A stretch of 64,000 nt of DNA from an uncultured virus (IMG/VR IMGVR_UViG_3300017758_000001) (lineage: Duplodnaviria; Heunggongvirae; Uroviricota; Caudoviricetes), in IMG/VR virus record IMGVR_UViG_3300017758_000001, one strand, 5' to 3'. The notes under the pieces were generated by a model. It had not been told where the DNA came from. It did not search any database and saw nothing but the letters and a program-made list of their open reading frames with translations. How positions within the stretch are numbered: the first letter of the stretch is position 1; each line of letters opens with the position of its first letter. The position numbers and the translations under genes were made by a program. Shown here piece after piece: positions 39,375 to 49,691 of the stretch.

Positions 39375-40610
39375 TTAAAATAGATAGGTTAATCCTATTT
39401 TGGAATCATATATTGGTGCATCAGATAATGTGATTGTTGTGGAATTTGCAATATCAAATCCCTTACCCTCTTCTTGTTGTAGACCGTTAACATCTAAACT
39501 TATTACACTATCGATATTATTAGTGGTAGTAAAACTTAATGTGCCTCCCACAGTATAATTAAAGTATTCGGTTACAACTTGTTTAGCATTACCTGAATTA
39601 TCAATGAATATACTATTTCTACCTCTGTAGTATGTTATTGTAATTTGTGCTCCCTCTCGAGGAGGATCAACAAAAGTGATTTTAGAAGTTAATGCAACAT
39701 GATAAAAATCAGTGTCTCTTTCTTGAAGAAGACCATTAACCGCAACAGTAAAAAGAATACCTATTGTCTCACCAACACTAAATGCTGTCTGTAATCCATC
39801 AGCAGTAAAAGTTGCAAGAGTAATATCTAAATTCTTATTAATGTATTTCTTCTCAAAATTATTACTTTGTATAAACTCATTCATAAGGAATAATCTACTA
39901 AGTGCTGGTTTAACCTCAAATTCTTGATCATCAATTATATAACCAAGTAGAGTAAATGTGTAATTTTGAATGTAAAACCTTCTTGAGTCTAACTCAACAG
40001 GTGTATTGTCTGCGATAGTATCTAAAACAATCGGAACATAGTGACCTTTGACTGTGGTGTATGCTTGTCTCGAAGAGAATTTTTGAAGAACAATTTTATT
40101 AAATCTATTTAAATCTCTGAATTTAGTACAAACAATACTAATTTCGTAAGTGATATCAACTGCAACAGGTTGTGGTATTTTATAAATGTCCGCACCCATT
40201 TGTGTTCCATTCCATTTAGGTACTGAAGCATAATAGAATTGTTGTCTATCGGGTATAGTTCTCTGTAAACTTGGGTTTGTACCTGGTTGAACATCAGGTC
40301 TACGAATAACCGCAATAAAGGGTAAACTTGGATTACCATCTAAATCTGCAAAATCCCAAGTATTTGTAAACTCACCCCATCTTTGTATTGTTAGAATCTT
40401 AGGGATAATAGGGACCTCTACACCATCAGAGTTTATATTAAAGTTTTCTTTAACATAATCTAACATACCTAAATCTAAATCATCGTGCAAGACCGAATCA
40501 GGTAGGTACGAATCAGATTTAGTTATTTGATCAAGAAGTTCCTGTCGTCTCTCAACTAATTCGTTACCTTGATAAACACTAATGTCATTTTTTTTCTTTG
40601 GTACTGCCAT
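39375..40610 (-). CDS. Tail terminator/completion-like protein with two C-terminal beta-sandwich repeats
   Basis: LPFIAVIR, PVAVDITYEI, FTLLGYI resemble gp15-like terminators; two VNG.QQ/LQ...ITF/L..P....I..TY repeats. Confidence 0.6.
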   Translation of the reverse strand: MAVPKKKNDISVYQGNELVERRQELLDQITKSDSYLPDSVLHDDLDLGMLDYVKENFNINSDGVEVPIIPKILTIQRWGEFTNTWDFADLDGNPSLPFIAVIRRPDVQPGTNPSLQRTIPDRQQFYYASVPKWNGTQMGADIYKIPQPVAVDITYEISIVCTKFRDLNRFNKIVLQKFSSRQAYTTVKGHYVPIVLDTIADNTPVELDSRRFYIQNYTFTLLGYIIDDQEFEVKPALSRLFLMNEFIQSNNFEKKYINKNLDITLATFTADGLQTAFSVGETIGILFTVAVNGLLQERDTDFYHVALTSKITFVDPPREGAQITITYYRGRNSIFIDNSGNAKQVVTEYFNYTVGGTLSFTTTNNIDSVISLDVNGLQQEEGKGFDIANSTTITLSDAPIYDSKIGLTYLF

Positions 40611-41122
40611 TATATTCCTCTAAATTCTACTTCTTGTGCCGCAACACATGTTATAGTTCGATAATATGGTTTGAAACCAAACATATTATGTTTATTATCT
40701 GATGTCACTTTACCGTCATTTGATACCGTATAATATCTTATTTTTTCTTCAGTTTCAGGATAACCGATAAAATCACCGTATTTTACATCTATCTTTAAAT
40801 CCTGTAGATGTTTAATGTAAACCGATAGTGTTAAGTTACCAGGTTCAAGATACCTAACAACTCCACTTTTATATGATGAATTTTTAGGTCCCTCAATATT
40901 CACCAACGCATTAAATTCAATGGGTGGGAAAAATTTAATCTGATCTTTCCCAACCTCAGCATAAACTGCATCGGTGTCTGTATTTTCACGGTCTACTCTA
41001 TAAAGAACTAACTTCATATTTAAATCACCATGAAGGTATTCTTGACCTACTGATACATTAAAATCAAAGTCATCACCTGAAAAGAACTTATTAATTCTTG
41101 TAATTGGGACCTTTTTACTCAT
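40610..41122 (-). CDS. Head completion / neck protein (gp14-like)
   Basis: LYRVD...DAVYAE..K.FFPPIE...GDFI; late motif 4 nt upstream of MSKK. Confidence 0.6.
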   Translation of the reverse strand: MSKKVPITRINKFFSGDDFDFNVSVGQEYLHGDLNMKLVLYRVDRENTDTDAVYAEVGKDQIKFFPPIEFNALVNIEGPKNSSYKSGVVRYLEPGNLTLSVYIKHLQDLKIDVKYGDFIGYPETEEKIRYYTVSNDGKVTSDNKHNMFGFKPYYRTITCVAAQEVEFRGI

Positions 41123-41134
41123 ATACATAAATAG

Positions 41135-41165
41135 TTTATTTATTGGTTTGAATTACTTATATTTA
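41135..41165 (+). promoter_or_regulatory. Host-sigma-type promoter of SNF2 helicase gene
   Basis: TTTATT-N17-TATATT(TA). Confidence 0.45.
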
Positions 41166-41179
41166 AAATAATAGGTTTA

Positions 41180-42928
41180 ATGGAGAAGAAGATACCCGAA
41201 ATAGAAGCAAGAGAGATATTATCCGAGTACGAAGGATATAACAATCAAATCTTAGATTGGAAAAAAAGACAATCAAGAGATAGACACTATAGTGTGTCAA
41301 GATCTCAGTGCGATTATATTTTGAAGTATAATAAAATAGAACCCAAAGTTGCAAGAAAATATATTGAGATTGCTAAATCCTTTGGAAGTAAACTACAAGA
41401 AGATAGGGTCCTCATGGAACCCGTAGAAAAGATTTGGGTTGAGAAACTATTATGTGAAAGTGATAAGGCATATCATATTTGGGGTAACATTACAAAAGAA
41501 TTACCGTCCATATGTATGTGGATACCAAAGGCATCTGTTATACCTGAAGAAAAGACATTAAATAGGGAAATTGATTATAGTCCCTACAATCATAGACCTC
41601 CTATGGATCACCAAAAAGAGGCAATAGAGAAGTTATTGGCTAACAATAAATATATTTTAGCGGATGACATGGGATTGGGTAAAACAACAAGTACTGTTAT
41701 AGCATCTATTGAAAGTAAAATAAATAAAGTCTTAATTGTATGTCCTGCGTCTTTAAAAATTAATTGGAAACGGGAGATTGAATTATATTCTGATGAGGAA
41801 GTTATAATTGTGGAAGGGAAAAAATGGGGTTCTACAGCAAAGTATTACATTATCAATTATGATATATTAAAGAACTTTCATACAACAGAAAAAACTGAGG
41901 ATAGTGATGCATATAAAATAATATTACAAGAGGAGTTTGATCTTGCAATAGTAGATGAAGCACATTACATATCAAATCCTCAAGCACAAAGAACTAAACT
42001 ACTAAATGATATCCTCGCTAAAATATCTAAAGTTTGGTTACTTACAGGGACACCTATGACTTCAAGACCAATTAATTACTATAATCTATTGAAAATTGTG
42101 AATTCACCACTAACACTGAATTGGAAAAGTTACGTATTGAGATATTGTAAAGGTTATCAGTTTAGAGTTGGGGGTAGAAAAATATGGAACACGAGTGGGG
42201 CAAGTAATTTAGACGAACTTAGAGACCAAACAAAATCAATTGTACTTAGAAGATTAAAAACTGATATCCTCGATCTTCCTGAAAAAATAGTGTCACCTAT
42301 ATGGTTAGAACTTAAAAACTCATTCTACGATGACGAGTTAACAGAATTTATCAGAATAAGTGAGGAAAACAAAGAAAAAGAGAGTATTACCGTTACCCTT
42401 AACAGATTAATGAAGTTGAGACAATTGATAGCAATTGAAAAGGTAGATCATACATGTGAAATTATAGATAATGTATTAGAACAAGGAAAGAAAGTTATTG
42501 TCTTTACAAACTTCACGATGTCATTAGATATGATACATGAAAAATATAAAAAGAAGTCGGTTGTATTAGATGGACGTATGAGTAAGGAAAAAAGACAAAT
42601 ATCTGTAGATAGATTTCAAAATGATGATAAGGTGAGAATTTTCATTGGTAATATTAAGGCTGCGGGTGTAGGAATAACTTTAACGTCTGCTGATACTGTT
42701 ATTATGAACGACTTATCTTTTGTACCCGCCGATCATTCACAAGCGGAAGATAGGGCTTATCGTTACGGACAAAAAAATAGTGTTCTTGTATATTACCCTG
42801 TTTTTGAAAATACGATTGAGAAGACAATTTACAATATCTTACAGAAGAAAAAAGATATTATTGACCAAGTGATGGGCGATGGAGAGTATTCGGAAAGTTT
42901 CGGTAAGGAACTAGTAAGATCTATCTGA
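41180..42928 (+). CDS. SNF2-family (HARP/SMARCAL1-like) helicase/annealing ATPase
   Basis: LADDMGLGKT, VCPASL, DEAH, LTGTP, AAGVGITLT, QAEDRAYRYGQ. Confidence 0.92.
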   Translation: MEKKIPEIEAREILSEYEGYNNQILDWKKRQSRDRHYSVSRSQCDYILKYNKIEPKVARKYIEIAKSFGSKLQEDRVLMEPVEKIWVEKLLCESDKAYHIWGNITKELPSICMWIPKASVIPEEKTLNREIDYSPYNHRPPMDHQKEAIEKLLANNKYILADDMGLGKTTSTVIASIESKINKVLIVCPASLKINWKREIELYSDEEVIIVEGKKWGSTAKYYIINYDILKNFHTTEKTEDSDAYKIILQEEFDLAIVDEAHYISNPQAQRTKLLNDILAKISKVWLLTGTPMTSRPINYYNLLKIVNSPLTLNWKSYVLRYCKGYQFRVGGRKIWNTSGASNLDELRDQTKSIVLRRLKTDILDLPEKIVSPIWLELKNSFYDDELTEFIRISEENKEKESITVTLNRLMKLRQLIAIEKVDHTCEIIDNVLEQGKKVIVFTNFTMSLDMIHEKYKKKSVVLDGRMSKEKRQISVDRFQNDDKVRIFIGNIKAAGVGITLTSADTVIMNDLSFVPADHSQAEDRAYRYGQKNSVLVYYPVFENTIEKTIYNILQKKKDIIDQVMGDGEYSESFGKELVRSI

Positions 42929-43780
42929 TATCGAGAAAACCAAACTTTCAGGTATCTCTACACACGGTTCTTCTTGAGAATCACAATTACATATTTCATT
43001 AGGGTTATTCTCAAAAACATATACCTTTCTTTCATCAGACGGACAGAACACAAAATAGTGTATATTTTTATATGAACTCAAATTCATAGATACACCAACA
43101 GTATAAGTTCCTTCATTTAAGTGTACATAACCACAACCTTTTACTTGTACGTAATATTTCTCGTGTTCACCGTATAAGATTGTACAATCAATTCCTTTAA
43201 AATCATCAATTAATCCCTTTTTTGAACTACTATTGATAACCCCTACAGAATCGGGAAAAAGTGTTTGGTAATTTTCAACAACAAAATTATTATGTTTCTC
43301 ACCCGCACCCCAAGTTTTAGTGTGAATCTTTTTTAAATCCCCCCACTTGAGTTCGGAGGTATCTAATAAAACATCTTCTTTATAACGATACAATAATTTT
43401 AAGAAGTCATTTACATATTTATACGAATCACCTTCCCAAATAAGTTTTTGACCATGTTCGTATTCAAAAAACATAAGGGTTCTATCCAACATACTCCAAT
43501 TTGTATTAAGAAAGTTCAGATGACTCCAATATGGTTCTCCCGTTACCTTATGATGTTCTAAAACCCCAATTACGCCACTGTTAGGGTTTTTACCCCAACG
43601 ACCATCTATTGAAGAATATAATTCACTTAGAATTTGACTACACCCAAATATTAAACGTTTGTTTGCTCGTTTATCCTGAAGTACAACTCCGAAACGATTT
43701 ATTCTTTCATATGGAAATAATTCTTTTCTTTTGGACCTTAATCTATTTAAAATTTCATCAGTTACAAAATTATTTTCCAT
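42911..43780 (-). CDS. Putative PD-(D/E)XK-fold nuclease-like protein
   Basis: C-terminal DDFKGIDC...YVQVKG pattern; own promoter; opposite orientation to neighbours. Confidence 0.45.
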   Translation of the reverse strand: MENNFVTDEILNRLRSKRKELFPYERINRFGVVLQDKRANKRLIFGCSQILSELYSSIDGRWGKNPNSGVIGVLEHHKVTGEPYWSHLNFLNTNWSMLDRTLMFFEYEHGQKLIWEGDSYKYVNDFLKLLYRYKEDVLLDTSELKWGDLKKIHTKTWGAGEKHNNFVVENYQTLFPDSVGVINSSSKKGLIDDFKGIDCTILYGEHEKYYVQVKGCGYVHLNEGTYTVGVSMNLSSYKNIHYFVFCPSDERKVYVFENNPNEICNCDSQEEPCVEIPESLVFSISDRSY

Positions 43781-43827
43781 ACCTACGTTTTTTTATTAGA
43801 CGATTCTATTAATTTAGTCTGTTTTCC

Positions 43828-43858
43828 CAAATATAAACTATTTATTGTAATAAATCAA
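43828..43858 (-). promoter_or_regulatory. Bacteroidota-type promoter for 42911-43780, overlapping the divergent late motif (43839-43845) of the neck gene
   Basis: Minus strand TTGATT-N17-TATATTTG (TAnnTTTG). Confidence 0.6.
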
Positions 43859-43860
43859 GT

Positions 43861-44979
43861 ATGGCAAGCACGATTATAACACCAGACAATAGGGATAAAC
43901 TTTTCTCACAGGTCCTACACCTTTTAGGGATGCCTGTTAGATCTATCGAGTTAACGCAGGAACAAATGAATACGTTCCTTGAATTATCTCTCGACGAATA
44001 CGAACAATATGTAAGTGATTGGTTAATTGAATCACAATGGTCTTCACTTGCAGGGTTAGATGTTGATACACAATCACTGACAAAGGCGTTTGTTACTAGG
44101 TCTGTTGATTATGAAACTCGATATACTTACGCATATTCAAAAATTGTTGGTCTCCAAGCTGGTGGAGATTATGTACTTAAAAAGGACAAGATAGAACTTG
44201 TACCTAATCAACAGGTTTATGAGATAGCTGCAGGGAGAGAGATAAATGAACTGTTATGGTTTACAAGAGCAGAATTAACTGACTCTATTGTGGATCCATT
44301 TTTAGGTGGTTTTGGTGGTCTTGGTGGTGTAGGTTTCGGTGGGGTCGGTGGATTTGCACAAATGGGTACGTCAGGTTCTTACTTTATGTTACCCGCGTAT
44401 GATTTATTATCACGTATGCAAGATAGGAACATCAAAAACCGTTTAATTGGTGGTGAATTAACATATAGAATTACTGCAGGACCTGAAGGTAAAAAATACG
44501 TCCATTTGTCTAACGTACCAGGTGGTAGATTCGATTTCGGTTCAATACAACAACATCACCACTATGTGTGGTATTGGTACTATGAAACTGATGATAGAGA
44601 CGACTGTTTAGATAAAAATAAAGATGTTGTAAAATTACCATCAGATATAGAGACAGAAGAACTTACTTGGGAAACCCTTAATAGACCCGCACAGAATTGG
44701 GTACGTAAGTACCTAATTGCATACTCAAAGGAAGGTTTAGGTAGGATATACTCTAAGTTTTCGGGTGACCTTCAAGTACCAGACAGTCAAGTAAAATTAG
44801 ATTATACCTCATTACTCACTGAAGGTAAAGATGAAAAACTGAAACTACTTGAGGAGTTAATGAATCGATTAGAAAGACTACGTCCTGACAAAATGTTAGA
44901 AAGAAAAGGTAATGAAGCGGAAAATCTTAACAAATCCCTCAAATACAGACCAATACAGGCACCTTACAACGTAATTTAA
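43861..44979 (+). CDS. Neck / head-tail adaptor protein (gp13-like)
   Basis: LLGMPVRSIELT.EQ N-terminus; NWVRKY.IA.SKE.LGRIYSKFSG...LL.EG..E C-terminus. Confidence 0.75.
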   Translation: MASTIITPDNRDKLFSQVLHLLGMPVRSIELTQEQMNTFLELSLDEYEQYVSDWLIESQWSSLAGLDVDTQSLTKAFVTRSVDYETRYTYAYSKIVGLQAGGDYVLKKDKIELVPNQQVYEIAAGREINELLWFTRAELTDSIVDPFLGGFGGLGGVGFGGVGGFAQMGTSGSYFMLPAYDLLSRMQDRNIKNRLIGGELTYRITAGPEGKKYVHLSNVPGGRFDFGSIQQHHHYVWYWYYETDDRDDCLDKNKDVVKLPSDIETEELTWETLNRPAQNWVRKYLIAYSKEGLGRIYSKFSGDLQVPDSQVKLDYTSLLTEGKDEKLKLLEELMNRLERLRPDKMLERKGNEAENLNKSLKYRPIQAPYNVI

Positions 44980-47813
44980 ACTCTATCGTCGGTGTGTGTT
45001 GCATAATCATGTCCATTACGCTCAATGATGTCACTGTCTTGTGAAGGACTACTATCCAACTTAAAATTTAAAACTGACCTATTTTTTTCAACCCAATAAG
45101 GATCAACATGATCAATACTATCTTCAAGATATAAGAAGAAAGGATCACGTTTTACTTTATTCCAAAATAAAACTTCACTATCAGAGAGTGTCATAACATC
45201 TTCAAAACTATCTTGACCCCCCAACTTCATTGGATGTCCTGAAACTAACTCACATTGTTTAGGTGTAAAATAAGATCTTTCTTTTGGGTCAGTAACTAAA
45301 ATATCACCCCTTATTTCAGGATCAAATACAACTAACAACGGTTCAATCCTTTTGTTAAATGTATTAATGTACCTCGCAATATTATATTCACCTTTCATTT
45401 CGGGATTGTCCGCCATTTCTTTTTCGGTAATCATATAACTATTAATTTTTACGGTATTGGTTTTTGCAATTTTCTGTACATCACCATGCGATTTTGCAGT
45501 ACCATTATTCACATAAAAAATTGTTTCACCCATACTCGGTATATAATTGTTTTCTATAATAAGTTCCATGTGTGCCTGTCTCGCCATTAAAGAACCACTT
45601 TTAGTTCTCTTTTTTATATGTTTTTTATAGTTATCAAGACTTTGTTTAACCCTCGACTTATTTGCAATCTTAGCCAACGGAATATCTCTATTATAGATAC
45701 GTTCAATGTGTGAGTAATAAACTTCTAAGAACTCATAACCCTTACCATCCAACATAAGTTTTAACCCTTCGTCTAAGAAATCAACAATATAACCATGTAA
45801 GTTCTTTGACTTAATAGTGTTACCTGTTAACTTTAAACCCCCACTTGGTTTTTTTAGTACATAATTTTTTCTGGCAATATTCACTGTGGAAGGAGCAACA
45901 TAATCGATGTCTAACCCCATTTCACCTCTCATAAAGATATCGTTAAACTCTGCGGTGTCGGCTTCAGCACCTTTATAGATTTTACCACCTTCTACCAATT
46001 CATTTAGACCCTTACCAACATACTCTCTTTCATTTACACCTTCAGGACAAGAAAAGTTAACACCATCCGTATCCATTACAAGTGCGACGTAACCCTTCTT
46101 TTTAAAGAACATAATCATCATACGTAGACTCTGTCTACCAACACACGTGATTGTTTCTCCCATATCCATATCCCCCCAAGGAAATACTTGAGGTGCGGAA
46201 AGGGAACCAAAGTAAGCATTAATGAATATCTTAATCGGTAATTGTTTTCTATTATATTTTTCAGATAATTCAGGGTCACTCTTATAGTGTTTTGCTGCAA
46301 GTTTTTTATAATTAATACGAACATCCCTAAAGTATTTCAACATCGATTTTTGTACCCCCATGACATCACATTCAGGAAATACATCATATACAAGTTGTAT
46401 TGAAGGGTAAAGTGATGAATAGTCAAACTTTACCACTTGTTCTGAATAACCACATGTGAGAAGTCTTGACAATCCACCTGTAATTGCACGTCTGTCTTGT
46501 TTTTCAGGAATAGAAAGGTTGTGTTTATAGGACCACGCTAACATGATAAGTTTCCATAATGTAGCGGTACCCATAGTGGAAACCCTTTCGTATGTTGTCG
46601 GTACTAACTTAGAAAGTAGGAAAGTTGACTGACTAAAAGAATCGTCAACAACCATCGTTTCATAAAGGTCATCATCAAGATATTGTTCTACAATCTTTCT
46701 ACCTGTCCAAATCTCATAACTATTCGGATGTTTTTCCAAAAGGTTTTCTGTACCAGGATCTCCAATCTTTTTATATTTACCTGTTTTTGGGTTCATATAA
46801 TGACTCTCATTATCTAAGTATATCTTTGATATCCAAGCACCATCAACATACACCCTGTTATCTTTCTCCGCCCCTAAGTACTTAGTAATATATTTTAACC
46901 CCCACGACTTAATATCTGAATTAATTGCTTGTGCCCTACGAACAGAATGTGCAATATCGAGGATATTCATACCCCAAATAAGGTGTTGTTTATATTCCTC
47001 GACCTCATTAGCAAGTTTTAACATTCCTGTCTTCTCTTTCATACCTTGTGTGGTAAAAACTTGGGTATGTTCAGAAAGATCAAGACCTAAAATCTCTGCA
47101 CGTTTAATAATAAATGGAAAATCGAAAAACGCAGAGTTGTATCCCGCAAAAATAGTTGGTTTTAATTCTTTTACATATTTGAAGAATTCAATAATACATT
47201 GTTTTTCACCATCTTCCCCAAAGGCACTAATAATCTTTACAAAACCACGATTATCTTTCATACCGATAAGAATAATTTTATTTGTCTCAGGGTCAAGACC
47301 TGTAGTCTCAATATCAAATACTAACCTATGTACATCCTCATATTCTTCCAAACCTTTGAATAATCTTTTTTCCTTTTGAATGAGATATTGTTCTTTTGGG
47401 TTAAGTAAAATGAAGTGCTTTCTAACATCATCATCCCACGGATTAATACCACCTTGTCTAAAGAAACTAAGTAACTCTCGATATCCCTTGGAACTCTTTA
47501 CTAAAAAATTATAACCATTAGATAATCTTTCATTACCACCATCATCGAGTTTTTCAATGGTGATACCATACTCCATCATTTTCTTCCTTTGCATGGCCTT
47601 ACTTCCGTTGTAGAAATTCAAAGATGTAATGTCATCAACCCATAAGAAAGGTGTTAACTTATCTTGTCTGATGATTTTACCCTTAACGGGATCTTGAATA
47701 ATTTTGTAAATGATGTTGGATCTGTATTCGTATTCTAACCCTACTATATATTCTTCGGGGTCTGATCCATTGAGGAATTCTTCAATTACCTCTTGTGAGA
47801 TGATGTCTTTCAT
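44976..47813 (-). CDS. polB: Family B DNA polymerase with 3'-5' exonuclease
   Basis: ExoI FDIET, ExoII GYNSAFFD, motif A DYSSLYPS, motif B KIFINAYFG, motif C MDTDG. Confidence 0.95.
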   Translation of the reverse strand: MKDIISQEVIEEFLNGSDPEEYIVGLEYEYRSNIIYKIIQDPVKGKIIRQDKLTPFLWVDDITSLNFYNGSKAMQRKKMMEYGITIEKLDDGGNERLSNGYNFLVKSSKGYRELLSFFRQGGINPWDDDVRKHFILLNPKEQYLIQKEKRLFKGLEEYEDVHRLVFDIETTGLDPETNKIILIGMKDNRGFVKIISAFGEDGEKQCIIEFFKYVKELKPTIFAGYNSAFFDFPFIIKRAEILGLDLSEHTQVFTTQGMKEKTGMLKLANEVEEYKQHLIWGMNILDIAHSVRRAQAINSDIKSWGLKYITKYLGAEKDNRVYVDGAWISKIYLDNESHYMNPKTGKYKKIGDPGTENLLEKHPNSYEIWTGRKIVEQYLDDDLYETMVVDDSFSQSTFLLSKLVPTTYERVSTMGTATLWKLIMLAWSYKHNLSIPEKQDRRAITGGLSRLLTCGYSEQVVKFDYSSLYPSIQLVYDVFPECDVMGVQKSMLKYFRDVRINYKKLAAKHYKSDPELSEKYNRKQLPIKIFINAYFGSLSAPQVFPWGDMDMGETITCVGRQSLRMMIMFFKKKGYVALVMDTDGVNFSCPEGVNEREYVGKGLNELVEGGKIYKGAEADTAEFNDIFMRGEMGLDIDYVAPSTVNIARKNYVLKKPSGGLKLTGNTIKSKNLHGYIVDFLDEGLKLMLDGKGYEFLEVYYSHIERIYNRDIPLAKIANKSRVKQSLDNYKKHIKKRTKSGSLMARQAHMELIIENNYIPSMGETIFYVNNGTAKSHGDVQKIAKTNTVKINSYMITEKEMADNPEMKGEYNIARYINTFNKRIEPLLVVFDPEIRGDILVTDPKERSYFTPKQCELVSGHPMKLGGQDSFEDVMTLSDSEVLFWNKVKRDPFFLYLEDSIDHVDPYWVEKNRSVLNFKLDSSPSQDSDIIERNGHDYATHTDDRV

Positions 47814-47879
47814 TATTGGTAGATGTATTAGTTTGACATATTATCTTACACTATATAATAGCGTAGTTAGTCTTCAATA

Positions 47880-47910
47880 CAAATATACAAATAATATATT
47901 AAAATATCAA
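47880..47910 (-). promoter_or_regulatory. Bacteroidota-type promoter of polB
   Basis: Minus strand TTGATA-N17-TATATTTG. Confidence 0.65.
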
Positions 47911-47915
47911 GATTC

Positions 47916-48284
47916 TTATATGATATTGATGAATAGTTTTTCCTTGATAGGAACGATGAGTTTGTTGGTTGGTTGAAGATTTGTATCTCTGAATTGTATA
48001 TTCACAATTCCTTCAAATTTACCCGTCTTTTTAGTTTGGGATTCTTTAAACCTATAAGTGATGTAATATTCGTCGGTCGTTTGATCGTATTTTTTTGTTC
48101 TTAGTGCTAACTGACATTGTGAACCTAAAATCTCAGGTATATCAGTATCCATATCTACCATATCAAAAGTAATGTCGGCGTTCTCCAATAAATCATTTAA
48201 AGATGACTTGTCGTTCTTACCGTCATCTAATAATTGTAATTTGAGTATAGGGTCTGTCGCTCCTTTTCTTATAAAAAATTCCAT
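47916..48284 (-). CDS. BppU-N-like fibre/baseplate adaptor domain protein
   Basis: FFIRKGATDPILKLQL...ITF.M...Y.F...T...G.FEG...I...LIVP....L.I pattern; late motif 4 nt upstream. Confidence 0.55.
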   Translation of the reverse strand: MEFFIRKGATDPILKLQLLDDGKNDKSSLNDLLENADITFDMVDMDTDIPEILGSQCQLALRTKKYDQTTDEYYITYRFKESQTKKTGKFEGIVNIQFRDTNLQPTNKLIVPIKEKLFINII

Positions 48285-48307
48285 ACTGATAAATATCTAT
48301 GTTTCTA

Positions 48308-49678
48308 TTATTCTAATGGACCATCTGTTGGTGTCGGACTAGGTAATGGTGTCGGACCAGGTGCGTCTGTTGGTGCGGGACTTGGTTGTGGTGTTGGGTC
48401 AGGTAAAAAGTCGGAGTTGTTAACCAAACCTTGTTGATGATAAGTAAGACCACCAACTTTCATTTTTTTCACAGCACTTACACCACCGACAATATGTGTT
48501 AGTGGACTACCCGTTTGATTAAGTACTACATTATTAAATGTTCCATCCCACTCTTTAATACTTAATTGGTCAGCAACATTATCAATACGATTACACAATG
48601 TGTATGCGGGAATATTAGTTTCGGTTTCAGGGTCATAAGTACTTCTACCACCATATAATAAACCAACAATAACTAAATCGTCATTAATTCTTGTTAATAC
48701 CGCAGAACCTGAATCTCCTCCTGCAGAAGGATAGTAACAATATTCACCATTGGGTGTTGAAGATCCACTTGCAACTAACTCAAAAGTTGAGTTCATATAT
48801 ACGTTTGTAAGAACACCTTGTTTTTTGTACCCAATAAGTATTGAACTCGAGGACGAATAATTTAAAAGTTTGGTGTCGTCTTGACCTTTAGGTCCTGTTG
48901 TTCTACTTGATATATAAAATTCTTGTGATGGGTTATCAAGTGCTAAATTTATTTCTGCTGTGGATGCAAATCTCGGTGCTGAAGTCATACCTGTAATACC
49001 AAATTGTTGCCACGAAATTGCGGGATCAAGTAAACTTAGATCATCAATAGCCATTAATGCTCCATCAACTTTATTAGTTTGATTTATTGGTTGGTATCTT
49101 TTTATAACACCAACTCTAAAACTCGGACCCATATTTGCACCATCATTAGGTTGAGTACAAATATCTTGAAACACATTTGTTCTAACACCTAAAGGATCTC
49201 GTTCATTAGTGAAAAAAGCGTCATCGACTAAAACATGGTTGTTCGAAACACCCACTAAAGAATTATCGGTCGAATCTTTTGCAATAAAACCTAACGTACC
49301 AACATAACCACTTAAACTACCCCAATTTGTTGTGGACACACCACCCATTAAAGGTCTGTGTGTGTTTCTATTTCCTGGTGCAACTGTTTGCCATTGTGTC
49401 CACTGAGGATCACAAAAATTACCAAAACCCTGTAATTCAACAGAACCCTGAATTACATCAGTCTTAACTGATTCACCATCAACATCTATAGTTGAAGGTA
49501 TTCTATCTTCTTCAGGGATGTCATTTAAAGGTTTCTTTTCTTTTACTGTATAAATAAGTGATTTTTCACTCGTCACAGAACCATCTACGATTTTAAAACC
49601 ATAAGAAACACCAACAACATCCTCAGATGTCGTTTGATTTATTTGTGATGTTATTTCATTTAATTTTTCGTTTGTCAT
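48308..49678 (-). CDS. Trypsin/chymotrypsin-like serine protease (Nal1-like) with Pro/Thr tail
   Basis: GTLG, SNNHV (His), VDGAL (Asp), GGDSGS (Ser), VGLLYGG. Confidence 0.85.
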   Translation of the reverse strand: MTNEKLNEITSQINQTTSEDVVGVSYGFKIVDGSVTSEKSLIYTVKEKKPLNDIPEEDRIPSTIDVDGESVKTDVIQGSVELQGFGNFCDPQWTQWQTVAPGNRNTHRPLMGGVSTTNWGSLSGYVGTLGFIAKDSTDNSLVGVSNNHVLVDDAFFTNERDPLGVRTNVFQDICTQPNDGANMGPSFRVGVIKRYQPINQTNKVDGALMAIDDLSLLDPAISWQQFGITGMTSAPRFASTAEINLALDNPSQEFYISSRTTGPKGQDDTKLLNYSSSSSILIGYKKQGVLTNVYMNSTFELVASGSSTPNGEYCYYPSAGGDSGSAVLTRINDDLVIVGLLYGGRSTYDPETETNIPAYTLCNRIDNVADQLSIKEWDGTFNNVVLNQTGSPLTHIVGGVSAVKKMKVGGLTYHQQGLVNNSDFLPDPTPQPSPAPTDAPGPTPLPSPTPTDGPLE

Positions 49679-49691
49679 GATCTATTAAGTT

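Noticed and set aside
12278..47813. Introns or inteins in nrdA, nrdB, helicase, recA or polB
   Set aside because: All are continuous ORFs of ordinary length with no visible intein or homing-endonuclease motifs.
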